Shown: one piece after another, positions 60,830-64,000 of the stretch
Position numbering within the stretch: position 1 is the first letter of the stretch
Layout of the letters: the number at the start of each line of letters is the position of its first letter
Assembly (NCBI GenBank): GCA_026989455.1
Contig: JALSJH010000019.1
Location: 14,596-78,595, forward strand
DNA length: 64,000 bases
Direction of reading: 5' to 3'
Origin: Chromatiales bacterium
Lineage (GTDB): Bacteria > Pseudomonadota > Gammaproteobacteria > RBG-16-57-12
Program-made: the position numbers and the translations under genes
The notes under the pieces: generated by a model
Database searches by the model: none
Seen by the model: only the letters and a program-made list of their open reading frames with translations
Told to the model about the DNA's origin: nothing

Positions 60830-61294
60830 ATGAGATTAACCACCAAAGGCCGCTATGCGGTGACCGCGATGTTGGATCTGGCTCTCCACAGTGAAAGTGG
60901 CCCGATCACCTTGTCTGAAATCTCTCAGCGCCAAGGAATATCACTCTCTTACCTAGAGCAGTTATTTGCTCGCCTGCGTAAAAACGGTTTAGTGCTTAGC
61001 ACCCGTGGCCCGGGTGGTGGTTACCGCCTTAGCCGCGAGGCGGCTGAAATTGCCGTGGTGGAAGTGATCACCGCAGTAGATGAGTATGTTGATGTGATGC
61101 GATGTGGCGGAAAAGCCGACTGCTCGGGTGATGGCCCCTGCTTGACCCATGAGTTGTGGGAAGAGTTGAGCCAGAAGATCCACGAGTTCCTGGCCAGTAT
61201 CAGTCTGGGCGATTTGGTTGGGCGTAAGGGTGACAATGGCGTGGCACCCTTAAATAGAGTGGCCAATATGGCCGAGGCTGAACCGGTCATTTAA
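60830..61294 (+). CDS. iscR: Fe-S cluster assembly transcriptional regulator IscR (Rrf2 family)
   Basis: 154 aa. [19 protein letters not shown] ... the HTH, and the cluster-ligand cysteines ([13 protein letters not shown]). Confidence 0.9.
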   Translation: MRLTTKGRYAVTAMLDLALHSESGPITLSEISQRQGISLSYLEQLFARLRKNGLVLSTRGPGGGYRLSREAAEIAVVEVITAVDEYVDVMRCGGKADCSGDGPCLTHELWEELSQKIHEFLASISLGDLVGRKGDNGVAPLNRVANMAEAEPVI

Positions 61295-61296
61295 AA

Positions 61297-62436
61297 GTGG
61301 CCATCTATCTGGATCACAACGCGACAACACCGCTGGATGAGCGCGTGCTTGAGGCGATGCATCCATTTTTAACCGAAAGTTATGGTAACCCCTCGAGTGT
61401 GCACGGCTTTGGCCGTCATGTGCGGCGGGCAATCGACAACGCCCGTGAACAGCTCGCTGCACTGGTCAATGCTCACCCGTCACAGATCATTTTTACCAGT
61501 GGCGGGACCGAGGCGAATAACATGGTTTTCGCTGGATTGGCACAGCGCCAACCACCGGGTCGGGTGCTTATCAGTGCAATTGAACACCCGTCAGTGCTGC
61601 GCGGCACCCAACATATGGATAGCCAAAAATGGCAAATTGAGACGGTTCCTGTTGATCAAGCAGGGCGTGTCGAAACGGATATTCTGGCGGGTATGATGGA
61701 TGGCCAGACTCGGTTGGTCTCGATCATGGCGGCTAATAACGAGACAGGTGCCCTTCAGAATGTAGAGGCTTTAGCGGCCCGCTGTCGCGAGCATAACGTG
61801 CTCTTTCATTGCGATGCGGTGCAGGCGCTGGGCAAAATCAAGGTCGATTTTGCCGCTAGTCAGGCTCACTTAATGAGCCTCTCCAGCCACAAAATTTATG
61901 GGCCACAGGGGTGTGGTGCGCTGGTAGTCGATAAGTCGGTCGATATGGCACCTCTTATGTACGGCGGAGGCCAAGAGAGAGCACGTCGTGCTGGTACAGA
62001 AAATGTAGCCGCCATCGTCGGCTTTGGTCGGGCCGCAGAGATAGTGGCCAGTGAACTTGAGGTAAACCGACAACAGCTCACCTCATTGCGCCGGTTGCTA
62101 GAGCAGAGGCTACAGACCATTGAGGGTGTGGTGCTGTTTGCAACACAGGCGGAGCGGTTGCCCAATACCGTGATGTTTGCGGTTGAAGGGGTTGCGGGTG
62201 AAACCATGCTAATGGCACTCGACGAGGTGGGGTTTGCACTCTCCAGTGGTGCTGCTTGTGAAAGTACCCACGGAGAGCCAAGCCATGTGCTAACCGCAAT
62301 GGGTGTCCCTTATGAGTTGGCACAGGCCTCAATACGAATCTCTCTGGGGCGCGGTAATACAGCACAAGATATTGAAAGTGTCGTTGTGGCTTTGAAACAG
62401 CAAGTTTTGATGATGCGCAGTGTGGCGCGTTATTAA
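61297..62436 (+). CDS. NifS-like class I cysteine desulfurase (second desulfurase upstream of iscS)
   Basis: 379 aa, GTG start 2 nt after the iscR stop. IYLDHNATTP, TSGGTEANN, PLP-lysine context SSHKIYGPQGCGAL, active-site loop SSGAAC. Shorter than IscS and lacks its C-terminal extension. Confidence 0.8.
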   Translation: MAIYLDHNATTPLDERVLEAMHPFLTESYGNPSSVHGFGRHVRRAIDNAREQLAALVNAHPSQIIFTSGGTEANNMVFAGLAQRQPPGRVLISAIEHPSVLRGTQHMDSQKWQIETVPVDQAGRVETDILAGMMDGQTRLVSIMAANNETGALQNVEALAARCREHNVLFHCDAVQALGKIKVDFAASQAHLMSLSSHKIYGPQGCGALVVDKSVDMAPLMYGGGQERARRAGTENVAAIVGFGRAAEIVASELEVNRQQLTSLRRLLEQRLQTIEGVVLFATQAERLPNTVMFAVEGVAGETMLMALDEVGFALSSGAACESTHGEPSHVLTAMGVPYELAQASIRISLGRGNTAQDIESVVVALKQQVLMMRSVARY

Positions 62437-62497
62437 ATACGGTCAAATGAAAATGTTCCTGGCGAGCAATAGAGCGCCTGAAAGGTAAGTGTAAAAT

Positions 62498-63712
62498 ATG
62501 AAACGTCCAATCTATCTCGACTACTCTGCAACCACCCCGGTTGACCCCCGTGTGGCAAAAAAGATGATGAACTACCTGACCATGGACGGTGAGTTTGGCA
62601 ACCCCGCCTCTCGCTCCCATGTCTATGGGTGGCAGGCAGAAGAGGCGGTTGAGTGGTCGCGTAACCAAGTGGCAAATCTGATTGGTGCTGATGCTAAAGA
62701 GATTGTCTGGACATCCGGCGCAACGGAGGCAGACAATCTGGCAATAAAAGGCGCGGCGCACTTCTACAACAAGAAGGGCAAGCACATCATCACCTGTAAA
62801 ACTGAACACAAGGCGGTGTTGGATAGCTGTCGTCAGCTAGAGCGCGAAGGTTATGAGGTGACTTACCTTGACCCTGAAAGCAACGGCCTGATTGATCTGG
62901 ACAAGTTACAAGCGGCGATGCGCGATGACACTGTTCTGGTCTCCATTATGCACGTTAATAATGAGATAGGCGTGATTCAGGATATTGCCAAAATAGGCGA
63001 GATTTGCCGTGAACGCGGTACTGTTTTTCATGTGGATGCCGCACAAAGTGCCGGTAAGGTGGCGATTGATATGAAGAGCCTGAAGGTTGATCTGCTCTCA
63101 CTCTCTGCTCACAAAATATATGGCCCCAAGGGAATGGGCGCGCTCTATGTGCGTCGCAAGCCGCGTATCCGTATTGAAGCGCAGATGCACGGTGGCGGCC
63201 ACGAGCGCGGCATGCGCTCGGGTACCCTGCCAGTACATCAGATTGTGGGCATGGGTGAGGCGTTTCGTATCGCCCGCGAAGAGCTGGCGATGGAGACCGC
63301 GCACGCCACTCAACTGCGTGAGCGATTCCTGAAAGGTATTGAAGGTATTGAAGAGATCTATATTAACGGTGATATGGCGCAGCGTATTCCGCAAAATTTG
63401 AATATCAGCTTCAACTTTGTTGAGGGTGAATCACTGCTTATGGCGTTGAAGGATCTGGCCGTTTCATCCGGCTCCGCCTGCACCTCCGCCAGTCTGGAGC
63501 CCTCTTATGTATTGCGTGCAATTGGTCGCAGTGATGAGTTGGCGCATAGCTCGTTACGTTTTTCATTTGGTCGTTTCACCAGCGAAGCGGATGTGGATTT
63601 TACGGTTAAATTGATCCACGAAAAGCTAGGTAGATTGCGTGACTTATCACCGTTGTGGGAGATGTATAAAGAGGGCGTCGATATTGAAAAAGTCCAGTGG
63701 GCAGCTCACTAA
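62498..63712 (+). CDS. iscS: Cysteine desulfurase IscS
   Basis: 404 aa. [19 protein letters not shown] ... [19 protein letters not shown] ... [21 protein letters not shown] ... WAAH; collinear with E. coli IscS. Confidence 0.92.
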   Translation: MKRPIYLDYSATTPVDPRVAKKMMNYLTMDGEFGNPASRSHVYGWQAEEAVEWSRNQVANLIGADAKEIVWTSGATEADNLAIKGAAHFYNKKGKHIITCKTEHKAVLDSCRQLEREGYEVTYLDPESNGLIDLDKLQAAMRDDTVLVSIMHVNNEIGVIQDIAKIGEICRERGTVFHVDAAQSAGKVAIDMKSLKVDLLSLSAHKIYGPKGMGALYVRRKPRIRIEAQMHGGGHERGMRSGTLPVHQIVGMGEAFRIAREELAMETAHATQLRERFLKGIEGIEEIYINGDMAQRIPQNLNISFNFVEGESLLMALKDLAVSSGSACTSASLEPSYVLRAIGRSDELAHSSLRFSFGRFTSEADVDFTVKLIHEKLGRLRDLSPLWEMYKEGVDIEKVQWAAH

Positions 63713-63733
63713 TCAGCGTCTTCTTAATTAGAG

Positions 63734-64000
63734 GTAATTAGCATGGCATATACAGAAAAAGTACTCGATCATTACGAAAACCCCCGCAATGTGGGCTCGT
63801 TTGATAAAGAAGAGAAAAATGTGGGTACCGGCATGGTGGGTGCGCCGGCTTGTGGTGATGTGATGAAATTACAGATCAAGGTTAACGAGCAGGGTGTGAT
63901 TGAAGATGCCTGCTTTAAAACCTATGGTTGTGGCTCGGCCATTGCCTCCAGCTCGCTGGTCACCGAGTGGGTAAAAGGTAAAACGCTGGATGAAGCGCTA
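63734..64000 (+). CDS. iscU: Fe-S cluster scaffold IscU (3'-truncated by window edge)
   Basis: ATG at 63734 gives MAYTEKVLDHYENPRNVGSFDKEEKNVGTGMVGAPACGDVMKLQIKV...; near-identical to the E. coli IscU N-terminus. Not in the ORF track because there is no stop within the window. Confidence 0.85.

Noticed and set aside
62078-62809. 243-aa minus-strand ORF overlapping the nifS-like/iscS junction
   Set aside because: Antisense to two strongly supported desulfurase genes. Pro/Arg/His-rich translation typical of a GC-skew artefact.

Overview
This is a 64-kb stretch of a gammaproteobacterial chromosome, about 50% GC, and it is mostly core genome. Local gene order resembles Pseudomonas and Enterobacteria (psd ... 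rsgA–orn; suhB / trmJ–cysE–iscR–iscS–iscU; yoaA–tsaB; ratA–ratB / bamE; a glyW–cysT–leuZ-type tRNA operon). I call about 65 protein-coding genes and 3 tRNAs. I see no CRISPR array, rRNA, IS/transposase or prophage genes. The genes include the EF-P lysylation module (epmB / efp–epmA), parC, a heat-shock htpX with a sigma32-type promoter, the regB/regA redox two-component pair, a class III adenylate cyclase, the gacA/uvrY regulator, and the Isc operon start carrying an extra NifS-like desulfurase. The non-routine content is: (i) an orphan GspE/PilB/MshE-family ATPase with four tandem 24-residue MshEN-type c-di-GMP-binding motifs and an uncharacterised N-terminal tandem-repeat domain, apparently co-transcribed with hemH and the peptidoglycan-recycling genes yrfG–amgK–murU; (ii) a 690-aa FimX-like REC–PAS–GGDEF–EAL protein with degenerate motifs, paired with a 581-aa unknown protein; (iii) a previously unannotated miniature inverted-repeat element family (7 copies; terminal repeats TAAGGAAGCTCTGAtCAAGTCATGAAT; about 80-bp and about 155-bp forms) that flanks the tRNA operon and repeatedly abuts TAA stop codons; (iv) a small Mrr-catalytic-like putative nuclease preceded by a perfect 12-N12-12 palindrome; (v) an NYN–LOTUS–cold-shock-domain protein; plus candidate regulatory sites (FNR/Dnr box at nnrS, IscR sites, sigma32 promoter, tRNA promoter) and one small zinc-ribbon gene missing from the ORF track.
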